64,000 nt of DNA from Squalus acanthias (Eukaryota), in assembly GCA_030390025.1 (NCBI GenBank), contig CM059432.1:7626001-7690000 (forward strand). The letters are read 5' to 3'. Positions 10,673 through 24,292 of this stretch are shown here, piece by piece. The translations under genes were made by a program, and so were the position numbers. Each line of letters starts with the position of its first letter. The first letter of the stretch is position 1. The notes under the pieces were generated by a model. It made no database searches and was not told the origin of the DNA. It saw only the letters and a program-made list of their open reading frames with translations.

Positions 10673-11761
10673 AGTCATAATAAACGAAAGTGTTCAAAAG
10701 AAAATGAAAATACAAAGAACACACAATGCCTCAGTGATTTATCTCCTGGGTTTTGCGGGCAGCAGTTCCCAGGAGATTAACCTTTAATTCCGGGAGACTC
10801 CAGGACAATCCTGGAGGGTTGGCATCCCAACCATCCTGACAGCGAGAGCGTGCAACAGACAGCGTAGGAACAGGAGGAGGACATCCAGCCCCTCGAGCCT
10901 GTTCCGCCATTCATGGTTGGTCCGTATCTTAACTCCATCCACCCGCCTTGGCTCCGAATCCTTTTATACCCTCGTCTAGCAAAAAAAAAATCTATTGATC
11001 TCAGATTTTAAAATGATTAATTGAGATAGCAGCCAGGCCACAGAAGGCCCAGGTAAGTTAATTGACTTTTTATAGGGACAGGACGAGCAGGTGTGCTCCA
11101 CCTGGCTCCACAAGGGTTACCTTGGGCCTCCCGTGCCCCAGGCTGCCCCTCCCCGCCCCCCCCCCGGCCTCTCCCGTCAGTTTGTGTGAAGCTGCCCAAA
11201 TTCACTTTAAGCTCTCAAAAAAAAAACCATCAGAGAAAATAGATCTTTTTTTCACTCCTTACATGATTCAAATTTATGAGGGGTTGCCATGGAGTAGATT
11301 GGGTGAGAACCTGTGGCAGGTGGGTCAGTAACCAGAGGACACAGATTTTTAAAATAAATCGCAAAAAAGCCAGCGGGGAGATGAGGAGAATTTTTCTTTA
11401 TGCAACGAGTTGTTGTGACCAGTGATCTGGAACGCGCTGCCTGAAAAGGTGATGAAAGCAGGTTCAATAGTAACTTTCAAAAGGGAATTGTATCTCTACT
11501 TTAAAAGGAAAAAGATAAATTTACAGGGCTACGGGGAAAGAGCAGGGGGGGAGTGGGACTAATTGGAGAGCTCGTTCAAAGAGTCGGCACAGGCACGATG
11601 GGCCGAATGGCCTCCTCCTGTGCTGTGCGATTCTATGAAGGGAGGCGCGCAATGCTCCCCTGGGATACTCTGAAGGATAATTTCTGCTCCACCGCCGCAA
11701 AATCGGATGGGGATAAAAGATATTTCACAGTGGACTGGTGTGGAGTCAACAACAGTCTTAC

Positions 11762-11841
11762 TGTATACTGGAAAATTAATCCTGAAATGACTTTTTCGAG
11801 AGCTTTTAAAGTCTTAAGACTTTCTTGAATTGCTTTTTGGC
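11762..11841 (-). CDS. Candidate host-gene exon (80 nt, phase 1-0): (G)QKAIQESLKTLKALEKVISGLIFQYT
   Basis: Non-repetitive DNA; acceptor ttttatcag|, donor |gtaaga; frame compatible with the candidate exon at 24293-24404. Confidence 0.4.
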
Positions 11842-12049
11842 CTGATAAAATACCTTCCTTTGCACGATGTAATTGGTTGTCTCATTCATCCAGCAACCAC
11901 AAAATGACGATTCCCACTGCAACTTCGGAAAACAATTTTCTCAGTGGCCTGGATTATAGAAGTCAGGGAATGCAGGTCGTTCACGGTGCAAGGAAATGGT
12001 GGTATCATCCCGACATCCCACCTTAAGTTCCATCATTATAAGCTGCTCC

Positions 12050-12851
12050 TGTAAGAAATCTCTAAACCCAAAGAAGTTGCAAGTTATAAAAGGAATAACG
12101 ATTCGGCAAAAAAAGTAGGTTTGCCGACTCAGCAGATGAGGGCTGTCTGATGACCGAGAGAGAATTCCGGTCACGTCAGATCAGCCCAGAGGGCTCAGAT
12201 CATCACAAGGACAGGCCTCCCAGCAGACTGAGAAGGAGGACAGCATGGAGCCGGTAGGATAAGCAAGATGTCTTTAGAAAGACAACAAGACCTTTAGAAC
12301 AGAGATAGGGAAATAGCTGACCTCAGCAAGCTGGGATTGGGGGGCTGTCAGAGGTACCCTCTCCCTTGTAATTGGACAATGGGATGGGTAAAAATGATCA
12401 ACACCAGGTATCCACCAGCCCATCGAAATAAGGTATAAAAACGGGCGGCTGAGAGAGGGAAACAGGCAGTTAGGGGCCGAGGGCTTCTCCGAGGTGGATG
12501 CAGGCTGGCTACGGCCTAACACCTTGGCCAAGTTTAGCCTCTGAGGTGGATCAATGCTGGCCACACCTCCAACAGCTCGAGGGACGACCCAACGGAACCG
12601 ACTGCTGCAGCAGACTGCCGGAATCCACCCAATCCGGGACCACCATACTGCCTCACCGTCCGTCCCGTCATTCCGTTCCGCTCCGAGGCCGTAGGTCACC
12701 CTCATCTGTCACGGGTTGCATGCCTACTGTATCTATTTCAATCGCATGTAGTATCTGATTACGCTTAAACTGTAGCTCTTTAATAAAATGCCTTCCAACT
12801 CCTAAGACCCTTCGGGTAATCTGTGTGTGACCTGCGATCGAAATTCTTACA
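12050..12851 (+). mobile_element. Solo LTR (802 bp; Gypsy- or ERV-type)
   Basis: TGTAAGAA...TTCTTACA terminal inverted repeat; 4-bp TSD CTCC (12046-12049, 12852-12855); TATAAAA at ~12434; AATAAA at ~12782. Confidence 0.88.
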
Positions 12852-13621
12852 CTCCTGCACCAGCCAACATTTCCAGGCTCTGAACGTCGCACTTTAAGCT
12901 GTTTCAACTGAGATTTCTGCCGCTCGGCCTTTTACGCCCAATCGATCGCGGATTGGAATGAAACTATTATAAGTCATTTTAGCAGTCATTCCAGTGGTGA
13001 CCATTGTTTTTAAACTATCACTGAGCTGGGTACCAACTTAGTTCACCACTGCAGTTGTATCATTCTTGCACTGAAGCTAAACATATTACAACATTCAACA
13101 ACTTGCATTTATATAGCGCCTTTAACGTAATAAAACGTCCCAAGGTGCTTCACAGGAGCGTTACCGAACAAAATTTGACATCGGGCCACATAAGGAGATA
13201 TTAGGACAGATGGTTGATCAAAGAGTAACGTCTTAAAGGAGGGGAGAGAGGTAGAGAGGCGGAGAGGTTTAGGGAGATAATGCCAGAGCTTAGGGGCTAG
13301 GCAGCTGAAGGCACGGCCACCAACAGTGGAGTGATTAAAATCAGGGATGCACAAGAGGCCAGAATTAGTGGAGTGCAGATATCTCGGAGGGTTGTTGGGC
13401 TGGAGGAGGTGACAGAGATAGGGAGGGGCGAGGCCGTGGAGGGATTTGAAAACAAGGATGAGAATTTTAAAATTGAGGCATTGCTTAACCGAGAGCCAGT
13501 GTAGGTCAGCGAGCACAGGGGAGATGGGAGTGCTAACAGTGTGATATGTAACATTATTTTTCTGTTTTACTTGCACAAATGAATGTTATTCCTCTCCACC
13601 TATTGTCACTGGTGCTGAGGG

Positions 13622-14890
13622 CCATAGAAACATAGGAACAGGAGGAGGCCATTCAGACCCTCGAGCTTGTTCTGCCATTCAATGAGATCATGGCTGATCT
13701 GTATCTTAACTCCATCTACCCGCCTTGGTTCCGTAACCCTTAATACTCTTGCCCAACAAAAATCTATCAGTCTCAGTTTTGAAATTTTCTATTGACCCCC
13801 CAGCCTCAACAGCTTTTTGGGGGGAGAGAGTTCCCAATTTCCACTATCCTTTGTGTGAAGAAGTGCTTCCTGACATCACCCCTGAACGGCCTGGCTCTAA
13901 TTTTAAGGTTCTGCCCCCTTGTTCTGGACTCCCCCCACCAGAGGAAATAGTTTCTCTCTGTCTACCCTTTAATCATCTTAAAAATCTCAATGAGATCACT
14001 GCATAATCTTCTATACTCAAGGAAATACAAGCCTAGTCTATGCAACGTATCCTCATAATTTAACCCTTTTAAACCTTTCTTGGTCTCCCTGTGCTAGGCG
14101 CCCTCCAGGGTTGAGAAATGGACTGGGTGGAACAACTTGCCACTCGGCCTTCAGTAACCACCTGCAAGGAGACAGTAAAGGCAGATCAGGTTTTCTTTCC
14201 CATTACGTTCGCCAACCCTCCGAGGATGTCCTGCGCTGCGAGCAACCCGGGGCAGGGAATCATAGAGGCATTAAAAAAAATAATTACGTAGCATTTACAG
14301 CTCAGAAACAGGCTATTCGGCCCAACAGGTCCATGCCGGCGTTTATGCTCCACAGAAGCCTCCTCCCAACCCTACTTCATCTCACCCCGTAAACAAATGC
14401 TTCAAATCCTTTCTCCCCCATGTCTTTATCTAGCTTCCCCTTGAATGCATTTATGCTAATCGTTTCAACCGCTCCATGAGGTAGCGAGTTCCACATTTCA
14501 ACCAGTCTCTGGGTAAAGAAGTTTCTCCTGAATTCCCTATTGGATTTATTAGAGACTATCTTATATTTATGGTCCTTTGTTCTGGTCTCGCCCGCAAGTG
14601 GAAACATCTTCTCTACTTCTACCCTATCGAAACTCTTTCATAAACTTAAAGGCCGCTATCAGGTCACCCCACAGTCTTCACTTTTCTAGAGAAAAGAGCC
14701 CCAGCCTGGTCAATCTTTCCTGATAGGTATAACCTCTCAGTTCTGGCATTATTGTAGTAAATCTTTTTTTGCACCTTCTCCAGTGTCTCTATATCCTTTT
14801 TATAATACGGAGACCAGCACTGTTCACAGTGCTGCAAGTGTGGTCTAACCAAGGTTCTACACAAGTTTAACATAACTCCGCTGCTTTTCA
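13622..14890 (-). mobile_element. Two stacked CR1 3' fragments (~13622-14070 and ~14285-14890)
   Basis: CATAGAAA-type tail; MFPLAGETRT..RRNFFTQR; LVRPHL...WSPYYKKDIE. Confidence 0.8.
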
Positions 14891-14895
14891 ATACT

Positions 14896-15305
14896 TCTTC
14901 TCTCTTAGGCAGTCCCTCGGAACCGAGGATGACTTGCTTTCACACTACAAATGAGTTCTCAGGTGACTGATGAGTCCAATGTGGGACCTACAGTCTCTGT
15001 CACAAGTGGGGCAGACGGTGGTTGAAGGGGCGGGTGGGTGGGGTGCTTGGGTTGACGTGCGCTCGGCTTCCGCTTGCTCCCGGCGAAGAGACTCGAGGTG
15101 TTCGGTGCCTTCCCGGATGCTTCTCCTCCACTTTGTGCGGTCTTGGGCCAGGGATTCCCAAGTATCGGTGGGGTTGTTGCACTTTTTCAATGAGGCTTGG
15201 AGGGTGTCCTTGAAGCGTTTCCTCTGCCCGCCTGGGGCTCACTTGCCGTGTCGGAGCTCCGAGTAGACCGCTTGTTTTGGGAGTCTCGTATCGGGCATGC
15301 GGACC
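14896..15305 (-). mobile_element. RTE LINE 3' fragment (same family as 3608-4218 and 45843-46080)
   Basis: TWESLAQDRTKWRRSIREG...CPTCDRDCRSHIGLISHLRTH. Confidence 0.88.
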
Positions 15306-15399
15306 ATTTTCAATTCTATCCCTCTAGAAATAAACCCAGTGCTTGGTTTGCTTTTTATGGCCTTATTTACCTGTGTTGCTACATTTAGTGATTTTTTTT

Positions 15400-16075
15400 T
15401 TTTTAGATTCGTTTATGGGATGTGGGCATCGCTGGCAATGCCAGCATTTATTGCCCATCCCTAGTTGCCCTTGAGAAGGTGGTGGTGAGCCGCCTTCTTG
15501 AACTGCCGCAGTCGTGTGGTGATGGTACTCCCACAGTGCTGTTAGGGAGGGAGTTCCAGGATTTTGACCCAGCGACGATGAAGGATCGGCGATATACTTC
15601 TCAGTCAGGATGGTGTGTGACTTGGAGGGGAACTTGGAGGTGGTGGTGTTCCCGTGCGCCTGCTGCCCTTGCCCTTCTAGGTGGAAGAGGTCGGGGGTTT
15701 GGGAGGTGCTGTCGAAGAAGCCTTGGTGAGTTGCTGCAGTGCATCTTGTAGATGGTGCACACTGCAGCCACGGTGCGCCGGTGGTGGAGGGAGTGAATGT
15801 TTAAGGTGGTGGATGGGGTACCAATCAAGTGGGCTGCTTAGTCCTGGATGGTGTTGAGCTTCTTGAGTGTTGTTCGAGCTGTACTCATCCAGGCAAGTGG
15901 AGAGTATTCCATCACACTCCTGACTTGTGCCTTGTAGATGGTAGAAAGGCTTTGGGGAGTCAGGAGGTGAGACACTCACCGCAGAATACCCAGCCTCTGA
16001 CCTGCTCTTCTTGCCACAGTCATTATGTGGCTGGTCCAGTTAAGTTTCTGGTTAATGGTGACCCCCAGGATGTTG
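15400..16075 (-). mobile_element. Non-LTR retrotransposon 3' fragment, probably Zenon-like (CR1 group); other copies at ~37045-37615, 45560-45840 and 55318-55930
   Basis: INILGVTI.QKLNW...AGQRLGILR and LIGTPSTTLNIHSLHHRRTVAA; the 37 kb copy reads IYKAQVRSVMEYSPLAW. The clade name is from motif recall. Confidence 0.7.
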
Positions 16076-16123
16076 ATCTGCACCCCCAGATTCCTCTGTT
16101 CCTCTAGCCCCTTTAGACACTGA

Positions 16124-17010
16124 CATAAGAACATAAGAACATAAGAATTAGGAGCAGGAGTAGGCCATACGGCCCCTCGAGCCTGCTCCGCCATTCAATA
16201 AGATCAAGGCTGATCATCGACCTCAACTCCACTTTCCCACCCGATCTCCATATCCCTTGATTCCTCTCGAGTCCAAAAATCTATCTATCTCGGCCTTGAA
16301 TATACTCAACGACTGAGCATCCACAGCCCTCTGGGGCAGAGAATTCCAAAGATTCACAACCCTCTGAGTGAAGAAATTCCTCCTCATCTCAGTCTTAAAT
16401 GGCCGACCCTTTATCAAGAGACTATGCCCCCAAGTTCTAGACTCTCCAGCCAGGGGGAAACAACCTCTCAGCATCTACCTTGTCAATCCCCTTCAGAATC
16501 TTATATGTTTCAATGAGATCACCTCTCATTCCTCTAAACTCCAGAGAATATAAGCTCATTCTACACAATCTCTCATCATAGGACAGCCCTCTCATCCCAG
16601 GAATCAATCTGGTGAACCTATGTTGCTCCGCCTCCAAGGCAAGTATATCCTTCCTTAGATAAGGAGACCAAAACTGTGCACAGTACTCCAAGTGTAGTCT
16701 CACCAAACCCCTGTACAATTGTAGCAAGACTTCCTTACTCTTATACTCCAACCCCCTTGCAATAAAGGCCAACATGCCATTTGCCTTCCTTATTGCTTGC
16801 TGTACCTGCATGCTAGCTTTCTGTGTTTCTTGCACGAGGACACCTAAATCTCTCTGAACACCAACATTTGAAAGTTTCTCACCATTTAAAAATATTCTGT
16901 TTATCTATTCTTCCTACCAAAGTGAATAACTTCACATTTCCCTACATTATACTCCATCTGCCACCTTACTGCCCACTCACTGAGTCTATCTATATCCCTT
17001 GGCAGACTCT
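16124..17010 (-). mobile_element. CR1 3' fragment with (ACATAAGA)n tail
   Basis: QVQQAIRKANGMLAFIARG..LEYCAQFWSP; RRNFFTQRVVNLWNSLP. Confidence 0.9.
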
Positions 17011-17012
17011 CA

Positions 17013-20000
17013 GGCCGCGAATTTAATTGCGCTGTGGGGGTGGGTTTGGAGGCGGGTCTGCTGTCAAAATCGCAAAGATTGACAGCGGGTAGGAAACCCG
17101 CTGTCAACTCGTCTCCACGCAAGTCTCCCGGGTGTCGGGTCTGTCAGCGCAGAACTGACCCGACACCAAGCGGCGGGGGAGACAATTCTGGTACTTAAAT
17201 GGCTTGTTAAGAGCCAATTTAAGAGGATTTTGAGGCTTACCTGTAATTTTACCTTCTCCCCCACTGGTTACCTGCTGTTCGGGGAACACGCCAGCTCAAC
17301 CTGGCGTGCTTTTGAGTCTGCTCTGATGTTTGTGAAAAGCTGACAGCTGCAGAAGTGGTGTCAAGGATGCCATGTTGCAGATGGTGTGTTTCAGAGCACA
17401 GAAAATGTTGGTTACTGCATTTTTAATACATATAGAGATTTCTTTAGCTTACAAGTTTTTAAATCCATCTGTATGTCCAGTGCCACCTCATTGGGAGAAC
17501 CTCTCTCACCAGTGACTGATCGCTCCTGTCATCTCGCCTGCAGCTGCCATCTATTGCAGCAACATCAGAGCCAATGAAACAATCAGACCTTGGTCCTCCA
17601 AATCCTTCCACGATCAGCCCCAACACCAACATCGCCAACCTCATCACCAACCTTCTCCGCCATCACCTGATGCTGCACTGGACACAGGCCATCAGCCGCT
17701 GACAAAATTGCTGGCCGGGAGGCCAGTGATGGCATCACCATGGCCAGATTCACTTGACGCTGTAAACCCTGGCTGCCACATGATGCGCCAGGTTGACACC
17801 ATCCCACACCAGCACCGTGAAGCATCCCTTTAATGTCCAAGCCATTCCATGCACACACATCACTATTGCGGGGGAGGGGGGGAGTTTTGACTGAACAATC
17901 ACTGGAACACAGTAAGACACTTCTCAATGTGCGCTCAGATTTGTCCAATAAGGGTCACCTTTGCAAAAAGATATTACACTGTATGACAACACATTACCAG
18001 AAACTTCACATGGACATTGGCTAAACATCTCAAGTGCCTACACTTGTGTGTTGTTAGTTGGTATGCTTGCAGTAGGATGAGGGTGAGTGTGAGGGGTGGC
18101 CAGAGAGATGGGGAAGTGATAAAGTAGGATAGAGAGGGTTGGGTGGAGGTGCAAGGTAAGTTGGTGTCCTGGGGAGGTCTCTTCTGCCCTTGGAAGGGAA
18201 GAGAACCTCCCTGCGTGCTGTGACTCTCTCCATAAGCATATGGAGGGAGTCATTGGAGAGCCTGGGTACAAGCGTTCACCTTTGTGCACCTCAATGCTGT
18301 CAAACACTGACAGAACAACTGTCAAACTCCATGTGGACGTGGTCCCTTTAAGGAAACCGGCTGATGACGCGTCATCAAATGACGTCATCAGACCCGCTTC
18401 CTGTTAATTGGCCGGAATCCTGCAGGGCGGGGCTTAACAAGGTCAATCAAAGGAAGGCTGGCTGACTGCGGGCAGGTAAGCCTCAAAAGCGAGGGGCTGG
18501 TCCGGGGGAGGGATCATGAGAGGAGGATCGGCAATCGGCAGGGGGCGGGGATCGAGAGAATTGGCAGGGGTCAGGGAGGGGAGGGGGAGAGAGAATCGGC
18601 AGGGTCGGGGGGAGGGGGAGAGAGAATCGGCAGGGTCGGGGGGGAGGGGGAGAGAGAATCGGCAGGGTCGGGGATCGGGGGAGGGGGAGAGAGAATCGGC
18701 AGGGTCGGGGATCGGGGGAGGGGGAGAGAGAATCGGCAGGGTCGGGGATCGGGGGAGGGGGAGAGAGAATCGGCAGGGTCAGGGATCGGGGGAGGGGGAG
18801 AGAGAATCGGCAGGGTCGGGGATCGGGGGGAGGGAGAATCGGCAGGGTCAGGGATCGGGGGAGGGGGAGAGAGAATCGGCAGGGTCGGGGATCGGGGGGA
18901 GGGGGAGAGAGAATCGGCAGGGGTCGGGGATCGGGAGGGGAGAGAGAATCGGCAGGGGTCGGGGATCGGGAGGGGAGGGAGAATCGGCAGGGTCAGGGAT
19001 CGGGGGAGGGGGAGAGAGAATCGGCAGGGTCGGGGATCGGGGGGGAGAGAGAATCGGCAGGGTCGGGGATCGGGGGAGGGGGGGAGAGAATCGGCAGGGT
19101 CAGGGATCGGGGGAGGGGGAGAGAGAATCGGCAGGGTCAGGGATCGGGGGAGGGGGAGAGAGAATCGGCAGGGTCGGGGATCGGGGGGGAGAGAGAATCG
19201 GCAGGGTCGGGGATCGGGGGAGGGGGGGAGAGAATCGGCAGGGTCAGGGATCGGGGGAGGGGGAGAGAGAATCGGCAGGGGACGGGGATCGGGGGGGAGA
19301 GAATCGGCAGGGTCAGGGATCGGGGGAGGGGGAGAGAGAATCGGCAGGGTCGGGGATCGGGGGAGGGGGAGAGAGAATCGGCAGGGTCAGGGATCGGGGG
19401 AGAGGGAGAGAGAATCGGCAGGGTCGGGGATCGGGGGAGGGGGAGAGAGAATCGGCAGGGTCGGGGATCGGGGGAGGGGGAGAGAGAATCGGCAGGGTCG
19501 GGGATCGGGGGGGGGGAGAGAGAATCGGCAGGGTCGGGGATCGGGGGAGGGGGAGAGAGAATCGGCAGGGTCGGGGATCGGGGGAGGGGGAGAGAGAATC
19601 GGCAGGGTCGGGGATCGGGGGAGGGGGAGAGAGAATCGGCAGGGTCGGGGATCGGGGGAGGGGGAGAGAGAATCGGCAGGGTCGGGGATCGGGGGAGGGG
19701 GAGAGAGAATCGGCAGGGTCAGGGATCGGGAGGGAGAGAGAATCGGCAGGGTCGGGGATCGGGGGAGGGGGAGAGAGAATCGGCAGGGTCGGTGATCGGG
19801 GGGGAGAGAGAATCGGCAGGGTCGGGGATCGGGGGGGAGGGAATCGGCAGGGGTCGGGGATCGGGGGGGAGGGAATCGGCAGGGGTCGGGGATCGGAGGG
19901 TGGGCTGTCGGCGAGGAATCGCTAGGGGGTGGGGGTCAACCAGGGCTCACGGATTGGTGGGGGGGGGGGAGGCTGGGGATCGGGGGGGAGGGTCGGACGG

Positions 20001-20446
20001 GGACCGGTAGGGGGAGAGGATCGGGGCTGGCCCCATCATCATCGTTGGTGGGGGGAGAATTGTGGGGGCCTCCAATCACGGGCAGTGGGTGTGGTCGGGA
20101 CCCTGGGTCCAGGAGGTGGGTATAAAGCCACTTACCTCCTGGATGCAGCAGCCCCCGCCTCGGTTTAACTGCTGGGTTTTACGAATTGTGTGAAACCCGT
20201 CCACAGGCAGTTAAATGCAAAATGGAGGGGGAAAAGGAGGCTGCCAGCCTCATTATAATATTTAAATTAAGGTACCGCCCCCCTGGCAGCGGGTTGGCTA
20301 CCTCCCCCCCCACCCCCACCCCGCCGCCGGCAAAACCGGAAGTGGGCGGGTTGGAGGCGGGATCAGGTCGGGAACCCCTTTTTTAACACTTTAACTGCCC
20401 CCACGCTCCAAACCCACCCGTTTTTTTTTAGGGGATAATTCCGGCC
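17013..20446. mobile_element. Degenerate Harbinger-derived element containing a G-rich minisatellite
   Basis: Inverted ends ggccgcgaatt / aattccggcc; Myb/SANT-like remnant ERVTARREVLFPS.GRR at ~18170-18240 (minus). Confidence 0.55.
18560..19900 (+). repeat. G-rich minisatellite, ~37-bp unit GGGGGAGGGGGAGAGAGAATCGGCAGGGTCGGGGATC, roughly 35 copies
   Basis: Directly visible tandem array with variable G-run lengths. Confidence 0.95.
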
Positions 20447-21016
20447 ATATTTTCCAAGGAGGAGGGGGCCTCCTTATACTTCCTACTAAGATTTACCACC
20501 TCACACTTATCTGTGTTGAAGTTCATTTAACAATTACTGCCCATTCTCTAATTGTGCGTCTTTTTCCATTTTATTCGAACAATTTTGTTTTATTAGTTCT
20601 ATCAATATTGGGAGGTGAGGGGAAGAAGGCTGATTGATGGGGGGGGGCGGGGCTTTTTGAGGTCACGTGATGAAACCTCCAGGCATACGTCCAATCAGAG
20701 TGGGCGACCCCACTTCCCAGGCAGACATGCCCGGCCTCCACCTGGGGCCTCAAACAGATCTGAACATTGCTCACTCAGCGACTGAGAGATTCCAGACTCG
20801 AACCCACCATCTGTCCGTCTGTAGCACAGCACCTTGAAGCCCCAGCACATCTCCCACCAAGCCACTTCCTTCCAGCAGTTCACTTGAAAAGCATAGAACC
20901 CAGAAAGTAAACAACGTGGGGGATTAATTAAAGAGAATAATCTATTTGAACTTTCTGTTCAGTACCAACCAGAGAATATTAAAATCACATGAATAGTTTA
21001 AATATGATGTTTATAT

Positions 21017-23735
21017 CATAGAAATCATAGAAACTTACAGCACGGAAGGAGGCCATTTGGCCCATCGTGTCCGCGCCGGACAACAAAGAGCTATCCAGCC
21101 TAATCCCACATTCCAGCTCTTGGTCCGTAGCCCTGTAGGTTACGGCAATTCAAGTGTATATCCAAGTACTTTTTAAATGCGATGAGGGTTTCTGCCTCTA
21201 CCACCCTTTCAGGCAGTGAGTTCCAGACCCCCACCACCCTCTGGGTGAAAAAATTTCCCCTCAAATCCCCTCTAAACCTCCTACCAATTATTTTAAATCT
21301 CTGCCCCCTGACTATTGACCCTTCAGCTACGGGAAATAGGTTCTTCCTCTCCACTCTATCTCAGCCCCCTCATAATTTTACACACCTCAATTATGTCTCA
21401 CCTCAGCCTCCTGTGTTCCAAAGAAAACAACCCCAGCCTATCCAATCTTTCCTCATAGCTAAAATTCCCCAGCCCAGGCAACATCCTCGTAAATCTCCTC
21501 TGCACCCTCTCTAGTGCAATCACATCCTTCCTGTAATGTGGTGACCAGAACTGCACGCAGTACTCATTGCTTTATATTCTGCTAAAAGAAATGACTTTCA
21601 GTTCAGCGCCTTTCACGACCGCCTGGACGTCCCAAAGCGTTTTACAACCAAAGGAGTACTTTTTGAAGTGTAGTCACTGTCGCAATGTAGGAAACGCGGC
21701 AGCCAATTAGCATACGAACATACGAACAATGACGGACAGGTAAAGACCCTCTGGTCCATCCAGCCTGTCCCACACATAAGAACATAAGAACATAAGAAAT
21801 AGGAGCAGGAGTAGGCCAATCGGCCCCTCGAGCCTGCTCCGCCATTCAATAAGATCATGGCTGATCTGATCCTAACCTCAAATCTAAAGAACACAAGAAG
21901 TAGGAGCAGGACTCGGCCACTCAGCCCCTGGGCCCGCTACGCCACCCACAGGGCCTCGACCGATCCGAACTCAGCCTCATGTCCAATTTCCTGCCCACTC
22001 CCCGCAACCCCTAATTCCCTTTACTGCTAGGAAACTGTCTATTTCTGTTTTAAATTTATTTAATGATGTAGCTTCCACAGCTTCCTGGGGCAGCAAATTC
22101 CACAGACCCTACTACCCTCTGAGTGAAGAAGTTTCTCCTCATCTCAGTATTGAAAGAGCAGCCCCTTATTCTAAGATTATGCCCCCTAGTTCTAAGAACA
22201 TAAGAACATAAGGGGTAGGAGCAGGAGTAGGTCATTTGGCCCCTCGAGCCTGCTCCGCCATTCAATAGGATCATGGCTGATCTGATCTTGGCCTCAACTC
22301 CACTTCCCTGCCCGCTCCCCATAACACTTACCTTTCAAAAATCTGTCTGTCTTCACCTTAAATATATTCAATGACCCAGCCTCCACAGCTCTCTGGGGAA
22401 GAGAATTCCAAAGATTCACAACCCTCTGACAGAAGAAATTCCTCCTCATTTCTGATTTAAAAGGGTGCCCCCTTATTCTGAAATTATGCCCCCTTGTTCT
22501 AGATTTCCCCACGAGGGGAAACATCCTCTCTGCATCTACACTGTCAATCCCCTTCAGAATCTTATATATTTCAATAAGATTCCCTCTCATTCTTCTAAAC
22601 TCCAATGAGTATAGGCTCAACCTTTCTTCATAAGTCAACCCCTTCATCTCCGGAATCAACCTCGTGAACCTTCTCTGAACTGCCTCCAATGCAAGTATAT
22701 CATTCCTTAAATAAGGAGACCAAAACTGTACTGCAGTACTCCAGGTGTGGTCTCACCAATGCCCTGTACAGTTGTAACAGGACTTCCCTGCTTTTATACT
22801 CCATTCCCTTTGCAATAAAGGCCAACATTCCATTTGCCTTCCTAATTACTTGCTGTACCTGCATGCTAACTTTTTGTGATTCATGTACAAGGACCCCCAG
22901 ATCCCTCTGTACCTCAGCATTTTGTAATCTCTCCCCATTTAAATAATAATTTGCTTTTTTATTTTTCCTACCAAAGTGGATAACCTCGCATTTTCCCACA
23001 TTAAACTCCATCTGCCAGATTTTTGCCCATTCACTTAACTTATCTATATCCCTTTGAAGATTCTTTGCGTTCTCCACACAATTTGCTTTCCCACCTATCT
23101 TTGTGTCATCAGCAAATTTGGCTACATTACACTCAGTCCCTTCATCTAAGTCATTAATATAGATTGTAAATAGTTGATCCCTGCGGCACCTCACTAGTTA
23201 CAGTTTGCCAACCTGAAAATTACCCATTTATCCCGACTCTCTGTTTTCTGTCAGTTAGCCAATCCTCTATCCACGCTAATATATTACCCCCAACCCCATG
23301 AGCTCTTATCTTGTGTAGTAACCTTTTATGTGGCACCTTATCGAATGCCTTCTGGAAATCCAAATACACGACATCTACTGATTCCCCTTTATCCACCCTG
23401 CTCGTTACATCCTCAAAGAATTCCAGCAAATTTGACAAACATGATTTCCCTTTCATAAAACCATGCTGACTCTGCTTGACGATATTATGATTTTCTAAAT
23501 TTCCTGCTACCACTTCCCTAATGATGGACTCCAGCATTTTCCCAATGACAGATGTTAGGCTAACTGGTCGATAGTTGCCTGCTTTCTGCCTCCCTCCTTT
23601 CTTAAATAGGGGCGTTACATTTGCGGTTTTCCAGTCCGCTGGGACCTCTCCAGAATCCAGGGAATTTTGGTAGATTACAACCAATGCATCCACTATCTCT
23701 ACAGCCACCTCTTTTAAGACTCTAGGATGCAGGCC
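21017..23735 (-). mobile_element. Cluster of CR1 3' fragments, the longest ~22196-23735 including RT
   Basis: NYRPVSLTS, QHGF, YLDFQKAFDKVPH and KFADDTK in frameshifted ORFs; several tails; a SINE tail at ~21590-21710. Confidence 0.88.
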
Positions 23736-23814
23736 AAGGGGTCACAATATATAGACACCCCACCCCACCCAAAACCATGTGATCTCCTGGTAAGGTCCTT
23801 CCTTGATATTAAGA

Positions 23815-23948
23815 TGTCAGCTGTGGCTCAGTAGTAGCACTCTTGCCTCTGTTGTGAGCTGAAGTCCCACTCCAGAGACTTGAGCCCAAAATCTAAGCTG
23901 ACGCTCCAGTGCAGTACCGAGGGAGTGCTGCACTGCCGGAGGTGCTTT
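23815..23948 (+). mobile_element. 5' part of a tRNA-derived Deu-type SINE
   Basis: A-box-like tggctcagtagtag, B-box-like aagtccc; homologous to the start of 42459-42900. Confidence 0.7.
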
Positions 23949-24292
23949 AGATGTCAAATTTAAAGAGCATTAGGACAAAATAACAACAGTAATTAAACTT
24001 AGAAAGTAAACTTGACATCCTGTAATTTTAATTCAATTGCATGGAGCTTTGGCTTGTACCTTTTTAATCATTGTCTCAGCTATCATATATTAATAAAACA
24101 TGCCTATCTTTATACAGATAATGTAATCTGGGGTATAATGTTTGACAATGGCATGCAATACAATTTGGAAGGCATACAATTTAAGAGATTAAAAATATAA
24201 TGCTATTGGTTGATTCTCTGCGTTGGTAAAATAAAATTAAATCAGCAGAATTGAATTGATATTGATTATATGCCTCCCTTTATAATACTGAC

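Larger units (their letters stand above)
5489..10830. mobile_element. Old non-autonomous DNA transposon (TAGGGT(T/C)GCCAAC-type ends, possibly hAT) hosting the Gypsy and an L2 fragment
   Basis: Left end tagggtcgccaac (5489) and right end ggttggcatcccaa (10817-10830) are imperfectly inverted. An uninterrupted reverse copy of the left end lies at ~20659-20712. Confidence 0.5.

Noticed and set aside
18516..19925. 469-aa Gly/Arg/Glu-rich ORF
   Set aside because: Translation of a minisatellite whose unit lacks stop codons. The unit length is not a multiple of three and the peptide drifts between frames.
23815..23890. tRNA gene (also ~42459-42520 and ~47780-47848)
   Set aside because: Degenerate A/B boxes run directly into SINE bodies, and no complete cloverleaf is present.
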